From positions 201,867 to 265,866 of the IMG/VR virus record IMGVR_UViG_3300029935_000001: DNA of 64,000 bases, one strand, 5' to 3'. The DNA comes from a virus (taxonomy: Duplodnaviria > Heunggongvirae > Uroviricota > Caudoviricetes). Shown here piece by piece: positions 34,155-42,650 of the stretch (position 1 is the stretch's first letter; each line of letters begins with the position of its first letter). Under the pieces are notes generated by a model. It was not told where the DNA came from. It did no database searches and saw nothing but the letters and a program-made list of their open reading frames with translations. Position numbers and translations under genes: made by a program.

Positions 34155-34421
34155 ATGGGACCTTACGCGGAAGTGGATATAGATTTAGAATTTGCAAATT
34201 TGCGGAGTCACTCGCTTGCCCGCATTGCGGACAGGATTGAGTCGATTTGGGGGACCTCCGAAGCTGTGTCTTACCTCAACAGCTTAATAATCGACTACCG
34301 CGGCAATCGATCAGGGTTTCCGCGTTCGGTGATGTCAAGTTTGCTTAAACTATACAGTGCGCATCCAAGCCTTGGGCAACCTGATGGGAGCAACCCGTGG
34401 ATAACAACTCGGTACCAGTAG
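34155..34421 (+). CDS. hypothetical protein
   Basis: ORF in the gene train. Confidence 0.4.
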   Translation: MGPYAEVDIDLEFANLRSHSLARIADRIESIWGTSEAVSYLNSLIIDYRGNRSGFPRSVMSSLLKLYSAHPSLGQPDGSNPWITTRYQ

Positions 34422-34756
34422 GCGACTTGCATCTTGCAATGTGGTGCAGCGAAGGCCTCGAAGCTTTAGTTAATCTTAGCGAGCAATCGCGGGCTGACAC
34501 TTTTTCTGTTCTTTCTACCAGCAAGGCTGACCCTAAGTCTTTTAACAGCCACCAATTGGAAATGATGAAATTGCGCGCTCGTATGAATTCGCAACGCTGC
34601 TACGAAATCTATGCGTTTTGGTCTACAGTCGACACCAACACCGTTCGTGAAGTGTTTGATAGCGATCCGCAAATGCTGGTAGACTGGGTCCGCGAGCATG
34701 GCGAAAAAATTTACTCAGACCGTGTAGTTCACCATCGCAAAATCCTTATTACTTAA
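34397..34756 (+). CDS. hypothetical protein
   Basis: Overlapping ORF. Confidence 0.4.
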   Translation: MDNNSVPVGDLHLAMWCSEGLEALVNLSEQSRADTFSVLSTSKADPKSFNSHQLEMMKLRARMNSQRCYEIYAFWSTVDTNTVREVFDSDPQMLVDWVREHGEKIYSDRVVHHRKILIT

Positions 34757-34794
34757 CGTTATCTTGCCTATAACAACACCTGCCCTGAGGTAGC

Positions 34795-35124
34795 ATGAGC
34801 GACCAACCAGAACTATTCACACTCGACGACAGCAGCCAGGATTGGTGGCTTAACGGCGAACTACATCGCGATGATGGCCCTGCTGTAATCGATAGCGACG
34901 GAACCGAGTGGTGGTTCCGCAATGGGCGATTACATCGCGAAGACGGGCCTGCTGTAATTCGGACCGATGGTACCCAGGAGTGGTATCGCAACGGCCAACT
35001 ACATCGCGAAGATGGTCCTGCTGTTATCTATGCAAACGATGGCACCCAGGAGTGGTTTCTTGATGGCAACCGAGTAGACCCCATTGTTCACTTAATGCTG
35101 CGTTATGAGCAAGAAACAGGTTGA
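34795..35124 (+). CDS. MORN-variant repeat protein, paralog 1 (3.5 repeats)
   Basis: 23-aa repeats DGTxEWWxRNGxLHREDGPAVI; conserved tail VDPIVHLMLRYEQETG. Confidence 0.65.
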   Translation: MSDQPELFTLDDSSQDWWLNGELHRDDGPAVIDSDGTEWWFRNGRLHREDGPAVIRTDGTQEWYRNGQLHREDGPAVIYANDGTQEWFLDGNRVDPIVHLMLRYEQETG

Positions 35125-35178
35125 CCGTTGCGTTAATTCCGGTATAATATAAATATACAGATAATCCAGGAGTTTCGC
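35121..35178 (+). promoter_or_regulatory. promoter unit duplicated with the MORN genes
   Basis: cagGTTGACCgttgcgttaattccggTATAAT; the -35 overlaps the ...ETG-stop of the upstream gene. Confidence 0.6.
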
Positions 35179-35505
35179 ATGAACAACAAACCAACCCTAC
35201 AAAAACGCACAAACGGCACCCAGCAGTGGGTCCTCAATGGGCAACTACATCGCGAAGATGGGCCTGCTGTTATTCAAGCCGATGGTACCAGGATGTGGTA
35301 TCTTAATGGCCAGCGACATCGCGAAGATGGCCCTGCTGTGATCGATAGCGACGGAACCGAGTGGTGGTTCCGTAATGGCGAACTACATCGCGAAGATGGC
35401 CCTGCTGTTGTTCAAACAGACGGAACCAAAGAATGGTGGATCAACGGCGAAGAAGTAGACTTCGTGACTCACGCAGTGCTGCAACACAAAAATAAAAATC
35501 GTTGA
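35179..35505 (+). CDS. MORN-variant repeat protein, paralog 2
   Basis: Same repeat type; divergent tail VDFVTHAVLQHKNKNR. Confidence 0.65.
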   Translation: MNNKPTLQKRTNGTQQWVLNGQLHREDGPAVIQADGTRMWYLNGQRHREDGPAVIDSDGTEWWFRNGELHREDGPAVVQTDGTKEWWINGEEVDFVTHAVLQHKNKNR

Positions 35506-35561
35506 CCATCCGGGCTTGTTTTGGTATAATAACTATATCAACAACGCATTAGGTACGTGTT
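35502..35561 (+). promoter_or_regulatory. promoter TTGACC-17-TATAAT
   Basis: -10 at 35525-35530. Confidence 0.55.
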
Positions 35562-36029
35562 ATGAGCGGCAAACCAGAACTACACAAGCTCACCGACGGC
35601 ACCCAAAAGTGGTATCGCAACGGCGAACTACATCGCGAAGATGGGCCTGCTGTTATTCGGGCAGATGGCACTCGGTGGTGGTACCTCAATGGTCAAATTC
35701 ACAGAGAAGATGGTCCTGCGTGTATTTGCTCCAATGGCACCCAGGAGTGGTGGATCAACGGCCGACTACATCGAGAAGACGGGCCTGCATATATCGATGC
35801 AGACAGCACCCAGGAGTGGCACCTCACTGGCCTGCGACATCGCGAAGATGGGCCTGCATACATTGGTGCAGATGGCTCTCAGTGGTGGTACCGCAATGGC
35901 CGACTACATCGCAAAGACGGGCCTGCTGTTATCTATGCAAACGATGGCACCCAGGAGTGGTACCTCAATGGCAACCGAGTAGATCCTATCGCTCACTTAG
36001 TGCTGCGTTATGAGCAAGAAACGAGTTGA
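35562..36029 (+). CDS. MORN-variant repeat protein, paralog 3 (6 repeats)
   Basis: Six consecutive W-x-x-N-G-x-x-H-R-E/K-D-G-P-A repeats; tail VDPIAHLVLRYEQETS. Confidence 0.65.
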   Translation: MSGKPELHKLTDGTQKWYRNGELHREDGPAVIRADGTRWWYLNGQIHREDGPACICSNGTQEWWINGRLHREDGPAYIDADSTQEWHLTGLRHREDGPAYIGADGSQWWYRNGRLHRKDGPAVIYANDGTQEWYLNGNRVDPIAHLVLRYEQETS

Positions 36030-36086
36030 CCACCTGGGCTCGTTTCGGTGTAATAACTACATACAACAACACATTGGGTATGTGCA
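36027..36086 (+). promoter_or_regulatory. promoter TTGACC-17-TGTAAT
   Basis: The -35 overlaps the ...ETS-stop. Confidence 0.5.
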
Positions 36087-36482
36087 ATGAGCAGTAAGAC
36101 AGAAATGCGCGAATTCGCGGATGGCGGCCGGATGTGGCTACTTAATAGCCAACCACACCGCACGGACGGACCTGCTGTTATTCAAGCAGATGGAACCCAA
36201 AAGTGGTTCAGGAATGGCCGACTACATCGCGAAGACGGACCTGCTTTTATTCATGCAGATGGAACCCAAAAGTGGTATCGCAACGGCGATCTACATCGCG
36301 AAGATGGACCTGCTGTTACTTGGATTGATGGAACACAAGCCTGGTATCGAAATAGCCAACTACATCGCGCGGATGGACCTGCATATATTGATGCAAACGG
36401 CACCCAAATGTGGTACCTCAATGGCAAACGAGTAGATCCCATCACTCACTTAGTGCTGCGTTACGAGCAAGAAACAGGTTGA
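36087..36482 (+). CDS. MORN-variant repeat protein, paralog 4 (5 repeats)
   Basis: Same family; tail VDPITHLVLRYEQETG. Confidence 0.65.
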   Translation: MSSKTEMREFADGGRMWLLNSQPHRTDGPAVIQADGTQKWFRNGRLHREDGPAFIHADGTQKWYRNGDLHREDGPAVTWIDGTQAWYRNSQLHRADGPAYIDANGTQMWYLNGKRVDPITHLVLRYEQETG

Positions 36483-36524
36483 CCGTTGCGTTTAATTCTG
36501 GTATAATAGCATTGGGTATATGCC
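36479..36524 (+). promoter_or_regulatory. promoter TTGACC-17-TATAAT
   Basis: Nearly identical to the unit at 36848. Confidence 0.55.
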
Positions 36525-36851
36525 ATGAGCAACCGACTAAAACTACGTAAACTCGCTAATGGCACCCAGATGTGGGCCCTTGGCGGCCGACTACATCGCG
36601 AAGACGGGCCTGCTGTTATTCACGCCGACGGCGACCAGATGTGGTATCGCAATGGCCAACTACATCGAGAAGATGGGCCTGCAGTTGTCTACTCTGATGG
36701 ACAACAAGAGTGGTGGATCAACGGCCAACTACATCGCGAAGATGGACCTGCTGTTGTTTGGCCCAATGGCACCCGAATGTGGTGGCTTAATGGCAAACAT
36801 GTAGACCCCATCACTCACCTAATGCTGCGTTATGAGCAAGAAACAGGTTGA
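36525..36851 (+). CDS. MORN-variant repeat protein, paralog 5 (4 repeats)
   Basis: Same family; tail VDPITHLMLRYEQETG. Confidence 0.65.
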   Translation: MSNRLKLRKLANGTQMWALGGRLHREDGPAVIHADGDQMWYRNGQLHREDGPAVVYSDGQQEWWINGQLHREDGPAVVWPNGTRMWWLNGKHVDPITHLMLRYEQETG

Positions 36852-36909
36852 CCGTTGCGTTTAATTCTGGTATAATAACTACATACGGTAATTGAACGGA
36901 CAAAAAGAA
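36848..36909 (+). promoter_or_regulatory. promoter TTGACC-17-TATAAT plus leader variant (actacatacggtaattgAACGGAcaaaaagaaATG)
   Basis: -10 at 36871-36876. Confidence 0.6.
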
Positions 36910-37605
36910 ATGGCTCGCCAACAATACGCAAAACCTGCACCAGTAATGATTCCGGCTGAACGAGTGTGGGCGGCTATCGCTCTTGCTTGGCGTGTAGTTG
37001 GTAATCAATATCTCGCCGAACCTTTGGTGGTCTACGGCAACCAAGGCGAAGTGCTGTCGACCACACCGCCCAACAAAGTCCTGGTTCGCCAAATTCTAAC
37101 CAACGAATCAGAGTATCGAATCACTGCTGCCGACCAGGAAAAAGGCGCCGAGTTCCGGCAGCAAATCAATGCCCTGAGCTTTGCAGTGCTTATGGGCCGT
37201 CGGCTCAATAGCTTTCTCACCAACTTGGTTGAGCTTGCGCAAAAAGATGAAGTTGACCTCAACGACCGGTTCGCCGTTGGTGTGCTCTCATGTGCGCCCA
37301 AGACTGCTATCGCCGAGCATACGCGAGCAATGCAAGATCAGCGACTGGCGTTTGCCAATACCAAGCACCTTGGCAAAGTTGGCGAGCGCGTCAACATACA
37401 AGTTGAAGTGATTAAATCCGTCTACTCGCAGCAGTGGAACACTTATTACATCACTGCTATTTCCGAAACTGACCAAGCGGTCTGGTTTGCGTATCGCAAG
37501 CCAATTGAGCTTGGCACCAAGATCTCGATTGCTGGCACAGTCAAGCGGCTGGCTGACAACGGGCAAACCCAACTCAGTCGCGTGACTGTTAAATCCACCC
37601 TGTAA
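36910..37605 (+). CDS. hypothetical protein (231 aa)
   Basis: ATG at the canonical leader position; the track's 36892 start lies inside the leader. Confidence 0.5.
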   Translation: MARQQYAKPAPVMIPAERVWAAIALAWRVVGNQYLAEPLVVYGNQGEVLSTTPPNKVLVRQILTNESEYRITAADQEKGAEFRQQINALSFAVLMGRRLNSFLTNLVELAQKDEVDLNDRFAVGVLSCAPKTAIAEHTRAMQDQRLAFANTKHLGKVGERVNIQVEVIKSVYSQQWNTYYITAISETDQAVWFAYRKPIELGTKISIAGTVKRLADNGQTQLSRVTVKSTL

Positions 37606-37627
37606 TAATCCTCCAAAGGAGTAGTAT

Positions 37628-37954
37628 ATGAGTAAAGATCTATTTTCTGTTGCTGGCGTCGCACGCAACCCCGACGGCGAAATGAAGGTTCGCTTTGCAA
37701 ACGACATTGTGTCCAGGACCAAGATCCTCGTCAAGGCCAACTGCACTGATATTGACCTTAACGAGCTTCCGGCGCCAATGAGCAAGCTCGAAGCCCTCAA
37801 ATGGCTTAATGCCAACAAGAACTACGAAGGCGATGCTCAGTTTGTTGTTCAACTCAAGCTTCAAGAAAAGAACAAAGAAGCAAAGAAAGCTCAACTCAAG
37901 CTCAGCGGCATCGTCACGCACCTCAAAGAAAAGGAACCCGCTACTGAGGGGTAA
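37628..37954 (+). CDS. hypothetical protein with Lys-rich coiled-coil C-terminus
   Basis: Strong SD AAAGGAG. Confidence 0.5.
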   Translation: MSKDLFSVAGVARNPDGEMKVRFANDIVSRTKILVKANCTDIDLNELPAPMSKLEALKWLNANKNYEGDAQFVVQLKLQEKNKEAKKAQLKLSGIVTHLKEKEPATEG

Positions 37955-37978
37955 TAAATACCCCTACAAGGGGGTTAA

Positions 37979-38206
37979 ATGGCTTTGTCGGCATTATGTC
38001 TCAAATGGCTTACTACAGCGTTATTTTTAGCCGCCGGGTTGATATTAGCGCTTAATCTGCCGTTTAGCGTTTTGGGATTTTTCCTGTTTTTAACAGGACA
38101 CTTAATACTAATCGCGGTCTTTCTGCAAGCCAAAGACTGGCCGCTGGTATCGCAAAATTTAATGTTTTGCACAATAGATCTGATTGGGATCTATAGATGG
38201 CTTTAA
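37979..38206 (+). CDS. small membrane protein (2 TM)
   Basis: Hydrophobic 75-aa ORF; SD-like GGGGTTAAATGG. Confidence 0.45.
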   Translation: MALSALCLKWLTTALFLAAGLILALNLPFSVLGFFLFLTGHLILIAVFLQAKDWPLVSQNLMFCTIDLIGIYRWL

Positions 38207-38218
38207 TAAGGAGAATAT

Positions 38219-38410
38219 ATGACATCGCATGAAATTATCGTTGAGCAGTTTAACCAGTACCTTGCCGAACACGCCAAGTTTACGGAAAAAGGCGTTAAGG
38301 CCAGTGCCGCCCGCGCCCGCAAAGCGCTGCAAGAAATTGCTAAAGCAGTGAAAGAGCGTCGCAAAGAAATCACAGCCGAAAAAGAAGCAATGTCGGCTGT
38401 TGCTGAGTAA
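38219..38410 (+). CDS. small basic helical protein (63 aa)
   Basis: SD AAGGAGAA; Lys/Ala/Glu-rich; followed by a hairpin. Confidence 0.5.
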   Translation: MTSHEIIVEQFNQYLAEHAKFTEKGVKASAARARKALQEIAKAVKERRKEITAEKEAMSAVAE

Positions 38411-38421
38411 TACTTACCTGC

Positions 38422-38444
38422 GGGCACGGCTATAAACCGTGCCC
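38422..38444 (+). terminator. stem-loop gggcacgg...ccgtgccc
   Basis: 8-bp perfect stem with a weak T-run. Confidence 0.4.
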
Positions 38445-38792
38445 AATTTGACTATGTCAGTTATTAACCCACACCAGCAGACTGCTGGCCACACAGTTGT
38501 AAACATAAGTTCCGCGGCAGCGATCCCGTGGTCAGATGCTAATTTGCCCCACAAAATTAGCAACACTATAAATACATCTTTGCGTATTGATTCAGATTCT
38601 ATTGTAATCGGCGACCAAACACTCAGTGTTATTTTGCAAAACTTGCAAGAGCAAATAGCTCTTTTGGTTCCAAGTCTTGAGCTGCACAAAGAGTATGCCG
38701 AGCTTCGAGAGCTCTACGATCAGTACCAAACTAAGCGCAACGAAATCAAGGAGAAGCGCCGAATGTGGGAAACACTAAAAAGCAATGGCTAA
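38439..38792 (+). CDS. hypothetical protein
   Basis: ORF; C-terminal helical region. Confidence 0.4.
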   Translation: MPNLTMSVINPHQQTAGHTVVNISSAAAIPWSDANLPHKISNTINTSLRIDSDSIVIGDQTLSVILQNLQEQIALLVPSLELHKEYAELRELYDQYQTKRNEIKEKRRMWETLKSNG

Positions 38793-39003
38793 AGAAGAAG
38801 CAATCCGTTTAGACGGGGTAGTAACCGAAGTCCTGCCTAACGCAATGTTCAAGGTAGAAGTTGGTGACACAAAGCACCAAGCAGTAGCACATATTAGTGG
38901 ACGAATGCGCCAAAACTCGATCAAAGTGATTGCCGGGGATCGCGTAGAGATTGAGTTTTCGCCCTACGATTTGACCAAGGGCCGAGTAGTGCGTCGCCTG
39001 TAA
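38785..39003 (+). CDS. infA: translation initiation factor IF-1
   Basis: 72 aa; the S1-like OB signature [64 protein letters not shown] aligns along its full length to bacterial IF-1. Confidence 0.85.
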   Translation: MAKEEAIRLDGVVTEVLPNAMFKVEVGDTKHQAVAHISGRMRQNSIKVIAGDRVEIEFSPYDLTKGRVVRRL

Positions 39004-39036
39004 AATAGCTAAATACTCGTATAAAACGAGTAAGCT

Positions 39037-41811
39037 ATGACGCAAATACGCTGGATAACAAGTGCCGGGTCGTTAGGGACCATTCCGGAAGGACGATTTT
39101 ACCGACTACCACTCCAGGCGGTTGCTCCCGGTGAAGATGTGAAATTTAAACTGATCTCAGGCAGGCTTCCTGCAGGGATTCAAGTAAAAATAAACGGAAC
39201 ACTTGAGGGCATACCAGAAGCAGTGGCAATAACACAAGGTGTTCCACTTCCGGTTGACCGCAATGTAACTTCAAAATTCACTGTTCGAGCATACGTCACT
39301 GACGCCCATGGCACAGTGATTGGCATTGCTGACCGGACGTTCGAAGTTACCGTCACGGGTCAAGACGCGCCGCGGTTTGTTACCCCAAGCGGTAGTCTCG
39401 GCGGTTTTTTAGATGCCACCGAGGTCCGCATTCCTATTCAAGTAGCTGACGACGACAACGAAGAGTTAACAATCACTGTCGCGTCTGGCCAGCTCCCACC
39501 GGGCCTTACTGTTGTTGGTAATGTTATTCAAGGCATTATTGAGCCCGAACTTACTCTCGAAAACACTGCTATTCCTGGATTTGACAGATCATCATACGAC
39601 CAGTATCCGTTTGACTTTTCTGCTATCGCAGTGGACCGTAATTATCAATTTACCTTAGAAGTTACCGACGGAAAAGAAACCGATCGCCGCCAATACTCAA
39701 TATTTGTAATGGCGCGCAACAACATCCCACTGGATCCGAGCGAACGGTTTGCGTTATTATCAGGGTTGGTATCAAATTCCGACTCCGATTGGACAGTTGA
39801 GCGGCCTCCGTTTATTACAAACGCATTAAACGAGTTAACAGTTCGCCACGACAACTACTTTTTTTTAAAATTTAATACTGTCGATTTCGACGGCGATCAA
39901 GTGGGAGTTAGGGTCGTCGGCGGGGTGGTGCCGCCATTTCTTTATAATTTCAAAGACACAAACACAACGTTCGATAATGGGACTACTACATTTAAAGAGC
40001 GTTTAGAGGCGTATAAGACTGTTACCTTTGATAATAAGACTACAGTGTTTGATAGCGGCCGTACTCAAATGTTTGTTTCTGGGCATATAACTTTCGACAC
40101 AACCACTCCGAATTTAACATCTAACGCAACAACATTTGATTGCAGGTTGAGCAGCGGCGAAACCTCCGCTACGAGGTTTTATAGTTATTTGCCAGTTAAT
40201 GTTGCTACTTCTTTTGTTAACAATTCGTTGTTCGGCCAACTACCAGACCAGGGTGCCACTGAAGAAGAGTATGTGTTTGTAGTCGAAGCCTACAAACTCA
40301 ACAACCCCGCAATTCGAAGCCGCCCATACCAGTTTAAAATAACCGTAGTCGGCGACATCGAAAAAGAGGTTACCTGGTTAACTGCTACAGTAGACTCAGT
40401 TTGGACTGGCCAGCCATCAACGTCGTTTGTTCAAGCAGCCAGTAAGCTGGGTTATCCGCTACAGTATCGGTTAGCGAAGAACACAGCTAGCAAGTTGCCG
40501 CAAGGCTTACAACTGTTGCCAACAGGTGAAATTGCCGGCCGCCCAAGTATTAACCAGCTAATGTTCGACGGTGAAAAAACCACATTTGATTCGGAACTGG
40601 CCACCCGTCGCGAAGTTAAACCAACTACGTTTGACCGAACTTTTGAATTTGTTGTTGAAGCTTTTTACGTCGATCCTGCCGACGCAACTAACACAATTGT
40701 TTCGACATTTAAGCAATTTACCATCCAGGTGCGTGATTCCGCTAAGCGGCCGTGGGAAGGGTTGTATATTCAAGCAATGCCTCCACTGGACGACCGCGCA
40801 ATAGTGCGGGAGTTTTTATCTAGTACCATTTTTGATCCTGAGATGTTGTTTCGGCCAAATGACCCAAACTTTGGCTTAGCTCGAAACATAGTTTATCATC
40901 ACGCGTTTGGTGTCACTGCTGCTGATTTAGAACAATATGTAGATGCCGTGCAACAATCGCATTATTCCAAAGAAGTCACAATCGGTGAACTGAAGAGCGC
41001 ACAAGCCCTGGACGACAACGGTCAAGTTGAATATGAAGTAATTTATGCGTCTATTGTCGACGATTTAGTCACCGCTAGCGGAGAGTCAATTTCTACTCGT
41101 GTTCAGTTACCGCCATTAAAAAATCGTCCGGTTGATGCTAGCGGAGTTCCAGTCTCTGGTGTTTATCCAAACAGTTTGCAAAATATGCAGAAGCGTATAT
41201 TTACTGAAGTTGGGAGAGTAATACCGTCACTCCCAGCTTGGATGCGTTCTAAACAACCCGACGGCCGGGTGTTAGGCTTTACACCTGCGTGGGTTATAGC
41301 TTACACCAAACCCGGAAAATCACGCGAACTGCTGTATCGAATACAAGAAAATTTTATAAATGTTTTTAATAAAATTGACTTTTCGGTTGATCGATTTATT
41401 GTTGACAAAGAACTAACGTATATCTGGGGTGCAACGCGAACCCCTTCGTATGCAGCTTCGCTTGCGGGTGCAGGAGTTACTGTGTTGCCTGGCGCGTGGG
41501 ATACTCCAACATACACTACGTTTGACATTGATGTCAATCGCACATTTGATCCAGTTAACACATACGACCGTGGCACGGTCACAACAGAAACGCTCGCAGA
41601 CCCGCCGTTTTGGATCAGCGGCGCTGTGTCAACTATTATTTCAAATTCGTGTGGCCAGTGGGACTGCGGCGAAGTGTTGGGTCTAAGCGGCGGAACTGGC
41701 ACTACTTTTGATCGAGCCCGGTTGCGGTTTGTTGCTCCTGTGATTTCCTACGGGCAAGGCGACATTCATAATAAATATGTTATGTTCACAAAACGAGGTA
41801 TTTTTAAATGA
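39037..41811 (+). CDS. large structural protein (924 aa) with N-terminal Ig-like (He_PIG-type) repeats and multiple T-T-F-D motifs
   Basis: Repeats ISGRLPAGIQVKINGTLEGIP / ASGQLPPGLTVVGNVIQGIIEP / ASKLPQGLQLLPTGEIAGRP; at least 8 copies of (T)TFD; likely tail-fibre, baseplate or decoration protein. Confidence 0.55.
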   Translation: MTQIRWITSAGSLGTIPEGRFYRLPLQAVAPGEDVKFKLISGRLPAGIQVKINGTLEGIPEAVAITQGVPLPVDRNVTSKFTVRAYVTDAHGTVIGIADRTFEVTVTGQDAPRFVTPSGSLGGFLDATEVRIPIQVADDDNEELTITVASGQLPPGLTVVGNVIQGIIEPELTLENTAIPGFDRSSYDQYPFDFSAIAVDRNYQFTLEVTDGKETDRRQYSIFVMARNNIPLDPSERFALLSGLVSNSDSDWTVERPPFITNALNELTVRHDNYFFLKFNTVDFDGDQVGVRVVGGVVPPFLYNFKDTNTTFDNGTTTFKERLEAYKTVTFDNKTTVFDSGRTQMFVSGHITFDTTTPNLTSNATTFDCRLSSGETSATRFYSYLPVNVATSFVNNSLFGQLPDQGATEEEYVFVVEAYKLNNPAIRSRPYQFKITVVGDIEKEVTWLTATVDSVWTGQPSTSFVQAASKLGYPLQYRLAKNTASKLPQGLQLLPTGEIAGRPSINQLMFDGEKTTFDSELATRREVKPTTFDRTFEFVVEAFYVDPADATNTIVSTFKQFTIQVRDSAKRPWEGLYIQAMPPLDDRAIVREFLSSTIFDPEMLFRPNDPNFGLARNIVYHHAFGVTAADLEQYVDAVQQSHYSKEVTIGELKSAQALDDNGQVEYEVIYASIVDDLVTASGESISTRVQLPPLKNRPVDASGVPVSGVYPNSLQNMQKRIFTEVGRVIPSLPAWMRSKQPDGRVLGFTPAWVIAYTKPGKSRELLYRIQENFINVFNKIDFSVDRFIVDKELTYIWGATRTPSYAASLAGAGVTVLPGAWDTPTYTTFDIDVNRTFDPVNTYDRGTVTTETLADPPFWISGAVSTIISNSCGQWDCGEVLGLSGGTGTTFDRARLRFVAPVISYGQGDIHNKYVMFTKRGIFK

Positions 41812-42116
41812 GCACAATCGATCCAACTACTATTGATGTAAACTATCCTATTCCAGGCCAGGATAATGATTCGCAAGGATTCCGCGATAACTTTTTCAAC
41901 ACCCGCAGAAACTTTGAATTTGCTGCAACCGAACTTGACCAGCTAAACCTAAACTTTTCGAGGCTGGGCCGCCCCGGCCCCAATGGCATACTGACCTTAT
42001 GGCCGTCCACTAGCGCAGTAATTCCAGCCGGCTGGAGTGATACTAATCATAAGTTAGTGGCAAAAGACGCTGCCAACGCCGATGTAGAGTACAAAATTAT
42101 TCGATTTGACGGCTAA
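41808..42116 (+). CDS. hypothetical protein (probably structural partner)
   Basis: ATGA coupling to the large gene. Confidence 0.45.
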   Translation: MSTIDPTTIDVNYPIPGQDNDSQGFRDNFFNTRRNFEFAATELDQLNLNFSRLGRPGPNGILTLWPSTSAVIPAGWSDTNHKLVAKDAANADVEYKIIRFDG

Positions 42117-42130
42117 TTTACCAAAATCTA

Positions 42131-42184
42131 TTGCTTGCAGCACCCGTGTGCTATATACTCAAGTTATAAGGAGATATAGCACAC
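42131..42184 (+). promoter_or_regulatory. sigma70 promoter TTGCTT-17-TATACT with SD AAGGAGA
   Basis: -10 at 42154-42159. Confidence 0.45.
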
Positions 42185-42589
42185 ATGACACAAGTAAATC
42201 TACACGCTTACCAAGATTTTGTTCAAGCAATCACCAGCGAGGACAGCAATGACCCTGAGGCGTTTGTTCGACGCATTCAAGCGCTCGTTGAGCAAGGAGT
42301 AAATCCGGCGCTGCTTAATACTGCAGCCATTGGTCTGCCTAGCGAAGCCGGTGAATTTTCGGACCTGGTGAAAAAAGTTTTGTTCCATCGCAAAGAACTT
42401 ACAGCCGAGGTTCGCAACAAACTCAACCAGGAACTTGGCGACGTGGCTTTCTATTGGATTACAGCATGCCGCGCACTTGGCTTAGACCCGAACCAAGTGA
42501 TTCAAGACAACATTCAAAAATTATCAAATCGATACCCTAACGGGTTTGATGTTTTTCGAGCTGAGAATAAAGACAAGCTAGGCATTTAG
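42185..42589 (+). CDS. mazG: MazG-like nucleoside triphosphate pyrophosphohydrolase
   Basis: All-alpha NTP-PPase motifs EAGEFSDLVKK and ELGDVAFYW. Confidence 0.65.
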   Translation: MTQVNLHAYQDFVQAITSEDSNDPEAFVRRIQALVEQGVNPALLNTAAIGLPSEAGEFSDLVKKVLFHRKELTAEVRNKLNQELGDVAFYWITACRALGLDPNQVIQDNIQKLSNRYPNGFDVFRAENKDKLGI

Positions 42590-42602
42590 TATATGCGCAT
42601 TT

Positions 42603-42646
42603 AATGTCTCCTAGTGGAGCATAAGTATTATGAACTAGGAGACATT
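42603..42646 (+). promoter_or_regulatory. 13-bp perfect hairpin that occludes the SD of the homing endonuclease gene
   Basis: aatgtctcctagt...actaggagacatt; the 3' arm contains AGGAGAC 5 nt before the ATG at 42651. Confidence 0.55.
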
Positions 42647-42650
42647 ATCT

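Noticed and set aside
35516-36804. Alternative-frame ORFs inside the MORN array (35516..36013, 35641..35982, 36121..36435, 36559..36804, 36251..36445 minus strand).
   Set aside because: They are generated by the periodic repeat DNA. Only the frame encoding the W-x-x-N-G-x-L-H-R-E-D-G-P repeats has promoter-leader starts.
34795-36851. CRISPR-like appearance of the regularly spaced DNA repeats in the MORN region.
   Set aside because: The repeats are 69-bp coding periodicities within ORFs, with no unique spacers. No cas genes were seen anywhere in the window.
36892-36909. Upstream ATG (MNGQKEM...) proposed by the ORF track for the gene after the MORN array.
   Set aside because: It lies inside the conserved transcribed leader. 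The ATG at 36910 occupies the canonical position after ...AACGGAcaaaaagaa.
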